Positions 17,660-26,174 of a DNA stretch of 64,000 nucleotides are shown piece after piece. The notes below the pieces were generated by a model. The model did not search any database. It had not been told where the DNA came from and was given only the letters and a program-made list of their open reading frames with translations. Both the position numbers and the translations under genes were made by a program. How positions within the stretch are numbered: position 1 is the stretch's first letter; every line of letters begins with the position of its first letter. Origin of the DNA: Clostridiales bacterium GWF2_38_85 (GTDB taxonomy: Bacteria; Bacillota; Clostridia; Oscillospirales; CAG-382); NCBI GenBank assembly GCA_001797275.1, contig MGOY01000036.1:36361-100360 (forward strand), written 5' to 3'.

Positions 17660-18721
17660 TCAGAAGCAGATGTTTATTTTCTCATCTTCCTCAATTTCAT
17701 AATTTATATCATGGAACAATTTTATACATGTTCTAACAACATCCTTATCATATAAAAATCCGGAATTCTTTTCTATTTCCTCAAGTGCAGAAGCAATTCC
17801 AAGTGCCGGTCTGTACGGTCGGTGAGACATCATTGCTTCGACTACATCAGCAACCATAAGAATTTTTGCCTCTTGGGATATATCATCTGCATTCAATCCA
17901 CGGGGATAACCGCTTCCATCACAACGTTCATGGTGCTGACATATGACTTCACTGATAATCGGCGGCAGCTCGACCTTATACAGCATATCGTATCCTTTTT
18001 GGGGATGTTCTTTGATCATCTGCATCTCAAGGAAACTGAGCTTACCCGGCTTCGCCAATATTTCAGCAGGTATAACAATCTTTCCGATATCGTGTATGTA
18101 ACCGATAATCCTCATATTTTCAATGAACTTTGCATCGTTACCCATCTCTTTCGAAATGGCAGCGGCAAGATTCCCAACTCTACGTTGATGCCCAGCAGTA
18201 TAAATGTCCCGCATTTCAGAGATTGATGAAATTAAAGATATTGTGCCTTGAATCGCATTCTTTAATTCTTTTGTCCTAGCATCAATCATAATTTCGAGGT
18301 CCATTTGATACAGCCTTTTTTCTTCTTCAAGAATGCTCTTCTCGTCGATAAGTCTCTTGATTTCAGATGCATGACGGATAGATTTGATTATATTTTCCTT
18401 ACTAATAGGCTTTACAAGATAATCATTTGCACCATTTTGAACTGCAATAATTGCTGTATCAACCGTTGGTTCACCGGTCATAATTACAATTTGAATTGTA
18501 TTGCTTTTTTTGCGGATTTTCTCAAGTAAATCGATTCCAGTCATCCGCGGCATGATTATATCTGTAACAACGACACCGTAATTATAATTATTTTCATCAA
18601 GGACTCTCAATGCTTCCTGAGCATCGCACGCAATATCTACATAATAACCTTCACGTATAAGAAATTCTTTTAATGTATTTCTTATACTGTTTTCATCTTC
18701 AACCAATAATACTCTGCTCAT
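17660..18721 (-). CDS. response regulator with HD-GYP c-di-GMP phosphodiesterase output domain (RpfG-like)
   Basis: REC domain (VLLVEDE..VVTDIIMP..KP) followed by HD-GYP (GHQRRV..IHDIGKIVIP..HHERCDGSGYPRGL). Confidence 0.85.
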   Translation of the reverse strand: MSRVLLVEDENSIRNTLKEFLIREGYYVDIACDAQEALRVLDENNYNYGVVVTDIIMPRMTGIDLLEKIRKKSNTIQIVIMTGEPTVDTAIIAVQNGANDYLVKPISKENIIKSIRHASEIKRLIDEKSILEEEKRLYQMDLEIMIDARTKELKNAIQGTISLISSISEMRDIYTAGHQRRVGNLAAAISKEMGNDAKFIENMRIIGYIHDIGKIVIPAEILAKPGKLSFLEMQMIKEHPQKGYDMLYKVELPPIISEVICQHHERCDGSGYPRGLNADDISQEAKILMVADVVEAMMSHRPYRPALGIASALEEIEKNSGFLYDKDVVRTCIKLFHDINYEIEEDEKINICF

Positions 18722-18730
18722 TGAAGTACC

Positions 18731-20812
18731 TCATTCCTTATTCCAGCCGTTGTCTATCGGTAATACTATGATAAAGGTGGTATATTCACCTTTTTTGGTA
18801 TCTACGGTTATCGAACCGTGATGTTCTTTAATTATACCAAAACTTATCGACAAGCCAAGCCCTGTTCCCAGCTCTTTAGGTTTTGTCGAGAAAAATGGTT
18901 CGAAAATTTTATCTTTTATAACTTTAGGAATTCCGTTACCATGGTCGGTAATACTGATTTTCATCCATCTCCTACTCTCGCTTTCGAACATTAAACATTT
19001 GATTATAATTTGTTTGTTCATATTATATTCGGGATATTTTTCATTTAACGCATCTCGTGCATTTGTCAACAGGTTCATCAATACCTGTTGTATCTGTTGA
19101 CTTCTACATTTAATATCCGGAAGATTTTCTTCAATTTCGACATTAATCTGAATCTGATCTTTCTTTATTATTGTTCTGATGAGTGAGAGTGTGTTTTCGA
19201 TTATATCATATATACTTGCGTAACTGTGAGACTGCTTTTCATGTCTTGAAAATTGAAGAAGGTTACGGACAATTGTCGATATTCGCTTAGTTTCTTTTAT
19301 AATTTCAGTTGAATATTTATTTGCAATAGAATTTTCATCAACATCATCACAGATTAATTGAGCATAATTCATTATACCATTAATCGGATTATTTATTTCG
19401 TGTGCTACACCGCCTGCAAGAGTACCAATTGCTTCAAGCTTTTGTTGCTGACGCATCTGTGCATCAATTTCTATCTGTCGTTGCTGCATTGCTTTGCGTT
19501 CAGAAATATCTCTTGCAAAAACCAAAGCTCCGTTTTGTCCGTTATAATAAATAGGGACAGCGGTAACATCAACATCCACGCAATCACCGTTTAATTTTAC
19601 AAATACCTCCTCCATCGGAGTAACAACAATTTTTTCATCGTTTAGCTGGGTTATGCGTTTTTGAATTTCCTCATGATAGTCAGGATGAAATCTGTCAAAT
19701 ACTCTCATTCCGAGAAGCTGGTCAGATGATTCAGCTCCGAACAGCTTAACCGATGCATTGTTCACATAAGTGAAGTTTCTATTTGTTTGAATAAATATAC
19801 CATCAGGTGAACTTTCAACTACTGATCTGAACCGTTCTTCACTCTCTCTCAATTCCTTTTCAAAGGCAATTCTTTCTGTGATATCATGTACCATTGAGTA
19901 TATAAGCTTCTTATTTCTGAATGTAATCGGGCCGCTGAAAACTTCAACATCAATTATTTCACCCGATGCTTTTTTATGTTTAAAGATAAAATAATTACGC
20001 TTGAACCTTACAGCATTGGATAATGCATTTTCGATATCATTATTTGTTAAAGTATTAATTTGATATATTGTCATTTGCAACATTTCTTCTCTGGCATAAC
20101 CGTAAAAAACACACGCTGCAGGGTTTACATCAATTAATCTCCCATCATCGGGATCGAGAAGAAACATAACTGTATGATAATTGTTAAAAATCGTACTGTA
20201 TCTTTCCTCAGCTTCTTTGATTTTTTCTGTTGCTTTATTTCTGTCCTTTTGATGGAAAAGCAAAGTTGCAAGAAAAACTGTCCCAACCGGATACATCAGA
20301 ATAACAGGCAGTCCAATGTTCTCTATCGAGTTCATCGCATTTTCATATGGCATAAGAAACATGCAGGCAAGCATAACGATATGCACCGCAAAACCCATAA
20401 GATATATACAGACAGTCCGGTTTTTTCTGCATTTTTTGATCAAGCAATGCCGCCAGAATAAGCCGATAAGCATTGAGCATATAATAACAGATACTCCTGT
20501 AATTGTTCCGACACCACCCATATTTATTCTAAAAGCAACAGCAACAACAGCTGTGGTGATTGAAGGTATGGTTCCAAAGACAAGTGCAGTGACACTAATC
20601 AATATAGAACGGGTATCAAAGGTGATACCCTCCTCAAGAACATACGGCGTCGACATCAGAGCAAGTGTAATAAGACTGATAAAAATGCTCGAAAATAATA
20701 TTCGTTTATGCTTTTTATTTTTAAAAAACGAATTACTCATCTCATAAACAATACTCAATGCAAGCAGCAATGCTACATTATGTACCAAGCTCATAATCGC
20801 ATCTGTGTTCAT
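18731..20812 (-). CDS. sensor histidine kinase (5TMR-LYT-like membrane module, two PAS domains, HisKA, HATPase_c)
   Basis: Multi-TM N-terminus, PAS repeats (..YSTIFNNYH.., ..ERFRSVVESSPDGIF..), an H-box GGVAHEINNP, and N/G boxes (LLTNARDA, DHGNGI, GTGLGLS). Confidence 0.85.
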   Translation of the reverse strand: MNTDAIMSLVHNVALLLALSIVYEMSNSFFKNKKHKRILFSSIFISLITLALMSTPYVLEEGITFDTRSILISVTALVFGTIPSITTAVVAVAFRINMGGVGTITGVSVIICSMLIGLFWRHCLIKKCRKNRTVCIYLMGFAVHIVMLACMFLMPYENAMNSIENIGLPVILMYPVGTVFLATLLFHQKDRNKATEKIKEAEERYSTIFNNYHTVMFLLDPDDGRLIDVNPAACVFYGYAREEMLQMTIYQINTLTNNDIENALSNAVRFKRNYFIFKHKKASGEIIDVEVFSGPITFRNKKLIYSMVHDITERIAFEKELRESEERFRSVVESSPDGIFIQTNRNFTYVNNASVKLFGAESSDQLLGMRVFDRFHPDYHEEIQKRITQLNDEKIVVTPMEEVFVKLNGDCVDVDVTAVPIYYNGQNGALVFARDISERKAMQQRQIEIDAQMRQQQKLEAIGTLAGGVAHEINNPINGIMNYAQLICDDVDENSIANKYSTEIIKETKRISTIVRNLLQFSRHEKQSHSYASIYDIIENTLSLIRTIIKKDQIQINVEIEENLPDIKCRSQQIQQVLMNLLTNARDALNEKYPEYNMNKQIIIKCLMFESESRRWMKISITDHGNGIPKVIKDKIFEPFFSTKPKELGTGLGLSISFGIIKEHHGSITVDTKKGEYTTFIIVLPIDNGWNKE

Positions 20813-20906
20813 ACAAAAGCTCCTTTGCTATAAAAAGCAATGATTATTATCGATAAAACACTTATTCAATATATATTTTATCAGAAAATAAGTTATAATG
20901 CAACAA

Positions 20907-21764
20907 TTATTTCATTATTTCCCTATTGAATTTTGTCATAAATTTAATAATTAAGTCATGAGACAAAAATTTACCTATATATTGATATAGCTTTATCGGC
21001 ATTCCATACACTGTTGTCTGCTTTCCACGACATGCTGTTTTTAGCGTATGTCTTACGACAGCTTTGGCAGATACAATATAACCCTTCTTTTCAGGCTTAT
21101 GCTTTGCATTTCCTGTATGTTCAAAAAATTCGGTATCAATCTTGCCGGGGCATATAGCTGTAACGCTTATGCCTTTTGAATTAAGCTCATATTTCAAAGC
21201 TCTTGAATAGCTGATGACAAATGCTTTAGTTGCTGCATATACATTCTCGAAAGGAACCGGGACAAATCCTGCGCAGGATGCGATCTCTAAAATATGGCTG
21301 CCTTTATTCATATAAGGCAGAATTATAACAGTCATTGCAACTAAGGCTTTAATATTCAAGTCAATCATTTTATCATTGTCAGCTTCGGATATCTCATCGT
21401 ATCTTCCATAAATGCCAATTCCTGCAGAATTGATGAGGTATCTCACAACCGGTTTTTCTTGTTCAAGTATAATTTTCAACTCAGCCCGCCAGCTATCATT
21501 AAATAAATCGATTGTAATTATTCGGACTTTTGTATTCAGCTTCTCTTTCAATTCATTAAGTCTGTCCTCACGTCTTGCAATCAACCACAATTCATCCAAC
21601 CCGTACCCGTCAAGCTGAACTGCAAATTCTCTGCCAAGCCCCGAAGAAGCACCTGTTATAACTGAGATATTCATAAATATAACCATGCCTTTCTTGATGA
21701 AGCGGAATGTTTTGGACGGTTCGGCATATGCCGAATTTCGGTTACAATTTTGACCGAAAAGCAC
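20907..21764 (-). CDS. SDR-family oxidoreductase (the true start is probably internal, at 21674 or 21686)
   Basis: ITGASSGLGREFA cofactor motif and the YAATKAF catalytic Y-x3-K. The N-terminal 26-30 aa of the track ORF are atypical. Confidence 0.8.
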   Translation of the reverse strand: MLFGQNCNRNSAYAEPSKTFRFIKKGMVIFMNISVITGASSGLGREFAVQLDGYGLDELWLIARREDRLNELKEKLNTKVRIITIDLFNDSWRAELKIILEQEKPVVRYLINSAGIGIYGRYDEISEADNDKMIDLNIKALVAMTVIILPYMNKGSHILEIASCAGFVPVPFENVYAATKAFVISYSRALKYELNSKGISVTAICPGKIDTEFFEHTGNAKHKPEKKGYIVSAKAVVRHTLKTACRGKQTTVYGMPIKLYQYIGKFLSHDLIIKFMTKFNREIMK

Positions 21765-21914
21765 AAAACTTCCTATCTGAAAAATTTATCTTTCAAATTT
21801 ATCACTCCCATCAAGAGTCAGTATAAACACAACCCGAGCAGATGTCAATGCACATCTGATATAATGTTCACAAAATATCGAATTTAGTTCATTAACAGTT
21901 AACTTTTTTCGTCT

Positions 21915-22020
21915 TATATAAAACTAATAAATGAATTACTACAGCAATTTGAAAAATGCCTATACTTTTTGGCTTTTTTCAAATTAATAAAATCACAATT
22001 CATTTGTTAGTTTAATATAG
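21915..22020. repeat. 106-bp palindromic repeat element, copy 2 of 3
   Basis: TATATAAAACTAATAAATGAATTAC..CAATTTGAAAAATGCC..GGCTTTTTTCAAATT..CACAATTCATTTGTTAGTTTAATATAG. It is ~94% identical to 53770-53875. Confidence 0.85.
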
Positions 22021-22141
22021 ATATAATATATTTGTAATTTTATGTTTGTCTGACTCTAAATTTATATTTTTACTATATACAAAATTTATTTTTTTTGATA
22101 TTCTATTAAAGACGAATAATATTTTGAAAGAAGTTGTGAAT

Positions 22142-22537
22142 ATGATTAAAGCCCTTAGTCGGAAAAATCAGATAATGCTGATTATAGTTTTATCTGCAGT
22201 ACTGATTTGTGTAATAACAGTCATAGCCTTTAGATTTTTATCCGCACCGGTCACTGTTAAGATAACAGATTCGGAAAATGCTAAAATTACTGTGAATATT
22301 AACATTCCCGATGCCAGATTTGAAAATGTTTCGATAATCTGTCTGAAGCCGGGTTATACAGTCGATAGCATTGCTGCCAGCAAAGATGGTATCTGCGACA
22401 TCAGGCAAATAACCCTCGACAAGGATGGAGGAGCAAAAATTGATTTAACTCTTCCCACAAATGAATCCGGTGAATATATTATTCAGATCGGTACAGATAA
22501 GAAACTATATTCAACCAAATTCAAATTGGCAAACTGA
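22142..22537 (+). CDS. hypothetical membrane-anchored protein (131 aa)
   Basis: N-terminal TM helix (IMLIIVLSAVLICVITVIAF) and a beta-rich ectodomain. It lies immediately upstream of the GH27 gene. The RBS is weak. Confidence 0.5.
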   Translation: MIKALSRKNQIMLIIVLSAVLICVITVIAFRFLSAPVTVKITDSENAKITVNINIPDARFENVSIICLKPGYTVDSIAASKDGICDIRQITLDKDGGAKIDLTLPTNESGEYIIQIGTDKKLYSTKFKLAN

Positions 22538-22544
22538 GAAAGGA

Positions 22545-25500
22545 ATGAGAAGAATGAAATCAACTGTAAAAATACTAAGTTACATATTGACATTACTGTT
22601 TATAATTCAAATTATTCCATTTTGCGTATATGCTGAAACCAGCCAGAGTAATACAAATGTTCAAACGGAAATCGAATACCGTAAAACTCCAATTATGGGT
22701 TGGTCTTCTTGGAACTATTTTCATACAGATATAAGTGAAGATGTAATCATCTCGCAGGTGGACGCTATTGTCAACCTCGGACTCGATGATGTCGGATATG
22801 ATTATGTAAATATCGATGACGGCTGGCAGAACGGTCGTGATGACGATGTTGTACATCATCAGGTTGATAAATTTCCGAACGGTATGAAATATATCGCTGA
22901 TTATGCACATAACCTCGGAATCAAAGCCGGTATGTACACTGATGGCGGTGAAACAACCTGCGGATGGATAACAGATGAAGATACAACCGATCCGAAAGTC
23001 GGTCTTTACGGACATGACGAACAGGATCTCAGAATGTACTTTGTCGACTGGGGTTATGACTTCATAAAGGTTGACTGGTGTGGTGGTGCGGCTCTTGAAC
23101 TTAGCACCCAAACACGATATACCGAAATCGGTGAGGCTATAAACAACATCGAAAAAGAATTGAACAAAGATCTCATATATAATGTCTGTTGCTGGGGGTT
23201 CCCAGGCGAATGGGTTGTCGATGTTGCTGATTCATGGCGAACAGGCGGTGATATTGCAGCGAATTTCGATTCAATACTCACTCAGATAGACAATATTAAA
23301 GAACTTACGCAATACGCAGGTCCCGGTCATGTAAACGACCTTGATATGCTCCAGGTCGGCAACGGTATGAGTTACGAGGAAGACAAAACGCACTTCTCAA
23401 TGTGGTGTATGATGTCATCACCACTCCTTATCGGCACAGACCTGACTACAATAACAGATCAAGCGCTGAGTATTCTGAAGAATGAGGAAATAATAGCACT
23501 TGATCAGGATTCTGCCTGCCTTCAGGCAACGGTTGAAGTTGAAAATGAAAATTATGAAGTCTGGGTCAAACCACTCGGCTCGTCAACTTCATCAACAAAA
23601 GCTGTTGCATTGCTTAACCGTTCCGACAGCGAACAGGTTATTACAGTTAACTGGGCAGATCTTGGGTTGTCGGGTGTTATGGTTGCTCGTGATTTATGGC
23701 TGCACCAGGATATAGTTACAGGCGACAGCTATACTGCAACCGTTCCCGCACACGGTATCGTGGTTTTAAAGGTCAGCGGAAATGCAGTTATCGAAGATCC
23801 TGATTTTCTGCTTCAGAGTAAACTGCAGAAAACAGAAACCGAAATAAATCTTACCGAAGCAGGAAAAAGCGACTGGGCTTGTTACGGTATCGATGAAAAT
23901 AAAAAAGGTCCAAGCACAATCGATGAAATTGCGATATCGGGTGCAGAAACATCGGAAGCTTCTAAAGGAACAGTTCAATTTAACTGGACAAACGGAACAA
24001 ACAATTCAGAAGGCTCAACAAAATCCGCTTTAAAGCTGTCAGGCAGTGATACCTCCGCTGCTATTACCTTCCTGCCAAAGAAGACTAAACAAACAGCAAG
24101 CATTTATCTGAGCGGCAAAGGAAGATTACAAATAAGTTCAATACTGAATGGTAAAATAACAACCGAAGAATTTAATCTTGAAAATGGAACCTCCTATTGT
24201 TACAGTGTAAATTTTGCTTCAGGCAGCACATCAGGAATGACTGTTACCCTGACACCTGCAGAAGGAACGCAAGTATTTCTCGGTGCATCTTCGTTGATGA
24301 ACATGAAAACAGAATCGGGCGAAGTCCTATTATCCGATACATATATATATGAGTCGCCGTTGGATATTTCACTTGCCACAGCATCGGAATGGATTAGCTT
24401 CAGCGGTGAAAACGGCAATATAGCTGCTCAGAAAGGTGATTCATTATTTGATTTTATTACATCCGAAAATGCAGTAATAATTTCTGCGGACAGTAAAATC
24501 GAGTTTTACTCTGGAAGCAAAAAATATAATAAAGGTGCAATGCTGACATCTAAAGGCAGCAGTATTACACTACAGACAGCCAATAATGAGTTGATCAGAA
24601 AAATCAACATATATTTCAGCGTCAGTAATGCATCTGTAAAAATCATAACAAATGCCGGTGATTCTATTGATATTGTTGCCGGAGCCACCGAGCAGAGCAA
24701 GATGTTAACCATATGGTATCAGAGCAATGAACCGCTGACAGTAGAATTCAAACTTAGTTCTAAGTTCAGTGATGACGGATACTTCAAACTTGATGCTGCA
24801 ACAATCAGCGGTGAAAATGAATACTATCTGTCAGAATCCGATACTTCTGTTGACGGTAATAAGCTGATTGTTTCAGCCAAATCCATCAATACCGAAAACT
24901 TCTGGGCAGACAAGGTAAACTTCATTGCTGCTCTATATAATGAAAATAATATTTACTGCGGTTCAAGCATATCCACTGCTTCGATAGACACAACAATGTC
25001 AGACATATCTATTGATGTTGAACTGTCCGATGGGTTCTCGGGATATGTCAGAACATATCTCTGGGGTGGAAATGAGTTCAATATCCCTCTTTCGGATTCG
25101 CGCGAAACCTTTGTCAGCACTGTTACCTCCGTCAGTGACAGTTACGAAAAGTACATTGGCCCGATAACAGCAAAGGATATGGTTGAAAAAGGTGCAATAC
25201 TGCTTGATGTTCGTACGGAAACCGAATACATTGTCGGACATATTGACGGAAGCATCAACATACCTCATACAGAAATCATAACCAGAGCCGGAGCAATGCT
25301 TCCGGATAAGAATGTTGTTATAATAACCTATTGCAGTGCGGCGAAACGCAGTGTCCAGGCACAGCAGATGCTGTCATCCCTCGGTTATAATAATGTATAT
25401 ATTCTCGGTAGCATGAGCAACTGGGATACGAATATATCGATTGAATTCGATGCCGATTCGATGCTGCTGGTTCAGGCAGGCGATAATATTAAATTGAAAT

Positions 25501-26126
25501 ATACCGAATACAGAAACGACAGTATAGAAATATTCTGTTCTGCCGGTAAGGATTCGGATTTTGATGATGCTATACCGTATGATGAATTTATTATCCCCGA
25601 CAGTGATGACGACTATATAGCTGTCAAGGCTTATATCGCATACAACGGAAAAGTTTATGCGGAATGCGAAAAGCAGTTCATCAATTACAAGGAAGATATA
25701 ATCGACATATATGCATCAGACCTTGATTGGGTAAGCTCAAGTGTCGGTTGGGGTACAATTCATAAAGACAAATCAATTGACGGAAACCCACTTAGAATTT
25801 CAGGTGTACCCTATCCGAAAGGAATAGGCACTCACGCGAACTCAAAAATAAAGATTGCAATTCCCGAAGGAGCAACCAGATTTCTTGCTGTTGTCGGCTA
25901 TGATGACGAGGTATTGGGAAATGCTACGGATAATAAAATGCAGTACAGCGTTTATCTTGATGATGAGCTTTACTGCGAGTCCGAAATTTTGAAGGTTGGC
26001 AGAGTATATGTTTTCGATGTAATCATACCGGAAGGAACCGAAACCATAACCTTGAAAACAGATCAGGCTTATGACAACAACTGGAGCGATCATGCCGACT
26101 GGGCAATATCCGGATTTATAAAATAA
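22545..26126 (+). CDS. secreted multidomain alpha-galactosidase (GH27 catalytic domain, beta-sandwich repeats, rhodanese-like domain, C-terminal NPCBM domain)
   Basis: Signal peptide, then the GH27 core (TPIMGWSSWNYF..YVNIDDGWQ..KVDWCGG..DLDMLQVG). A rhodanese domain lies at ~25158-25430 (LLDVRTETEY..GHIDGSINIP..TYCSAAKRS). An NPCBM-like C-terminus (DLDWVSSSVGWGTIHKDKSIDGNPL..GIGTHANS) follows. The start is either 22545 or 22554. Confidence 0.85.
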   Translation: MRRMKSTVKILSYILTLLFIIQIIPFCVYAETSQSNTNVQTEIEYRKTPIMGWSSWNYFHTDISEDVIISQVDAIVNLGLDDVGYDYVNIDDGWQNGRDDDVVHHQVDKFPNGMKYIADYAHNLGIKAGMYTDGGETTCGWITDEDTTDPKVGLYGHDEQDLRMYFVDWGYDFIKVDWCGGAALELSTQTRYTEIGEAINNIEKELNKDLIYNVCCWGFPGEWVVDVADSWRTGGDIAANFDSILTQIDNIKELTQYAGPGHVNDLDMLQVGNGMSYEEDKTHFSMWCMMSSPLLIGTDLTTITDQALSILKNEEIIALDQDSACLQATVEVENENYEVWVKPLGSSTSSTKAVALLNRSDSEQVITVNWADLGLSGVMVARDLWLHQDIVTGDSYTATVPAHGIVVLKVSGNAVIEDPDFLLQSKLQKTETEINLTEAGKSDWACYGIDENKKGPSTIDEIAISGAETSEASKGTVQFNWTNGTNNSEGSTKSALKLSGSDTSAAITFLPKKTKQTASIYLSGKGRLQISSILNGKITTEEFNLENGTSYCYSVNFASGSTSGMTVTLTPAEGTQVFLGASSLMNMKTESGEVLLSDTYIYESPLDISLATASEWISFSGENGNIAAQKGDSLFDFITSENAVIISADSKIEFYSGSKKYNKGAMLTSKGSSITLQTANNELIRKINIYFSVSNASVKIITNAGDSIDIVAGATEQSKMLTIWYQSNEPLTVEFKLSSKFSDDGYFKLDAATISGENEYYLSESDTSVDGNKLIVSAKSINTENFWADKVNFIAALYNENNIYCGSSISTASIDTTMSDISIDVELSDGFSGYVRTYLWGGNEFNIPLSDSRETFVSTVTSVSDSYEKYIGPITAKDMVEKGAILLDVRTETEYIVGHIDGSINIPHTEIITRAGAMLPDKNVVIITYCSAAKRSVQAQQMLSSLGYNNVYILGSMSNWDTNISIEFDADSMLLVQAGDNIKLKYTEYRNDSIEIFCSAGKDSDFDDAIPYDEFIIPDSDDDYIAVKAYIAYNGKVYAECEKQFINYKEDIIDIYASDLDWVSSSVGWGTIHKDKSIDGNPLRISGVPYPKGIGTHANSKIKIAIPEGATRFLAVVGYDDEVLGNATDNKMQYSVYLDDELYCESEILKVGRVYVFDVIIPEGTETITLKTDQAYDNNWSDHADWAISGFIK

Positions 26127-26142
26127 GGTTTGTACAACATTA

Positions 26143-26170
26143 AAGGCTTTCGGAAATTTCCGAAAGCCTT
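26143..26170. terminator. bidirectional terminator hairpin between convergent GH27 and carB-dapF genes
   Basis: Perfect 12-bp stem AAGGCTTTCGGA / TCCGAAAGCCTT with loop AATT. Confidence 0.65.
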
Positions 26171-26174
26171 CTGC

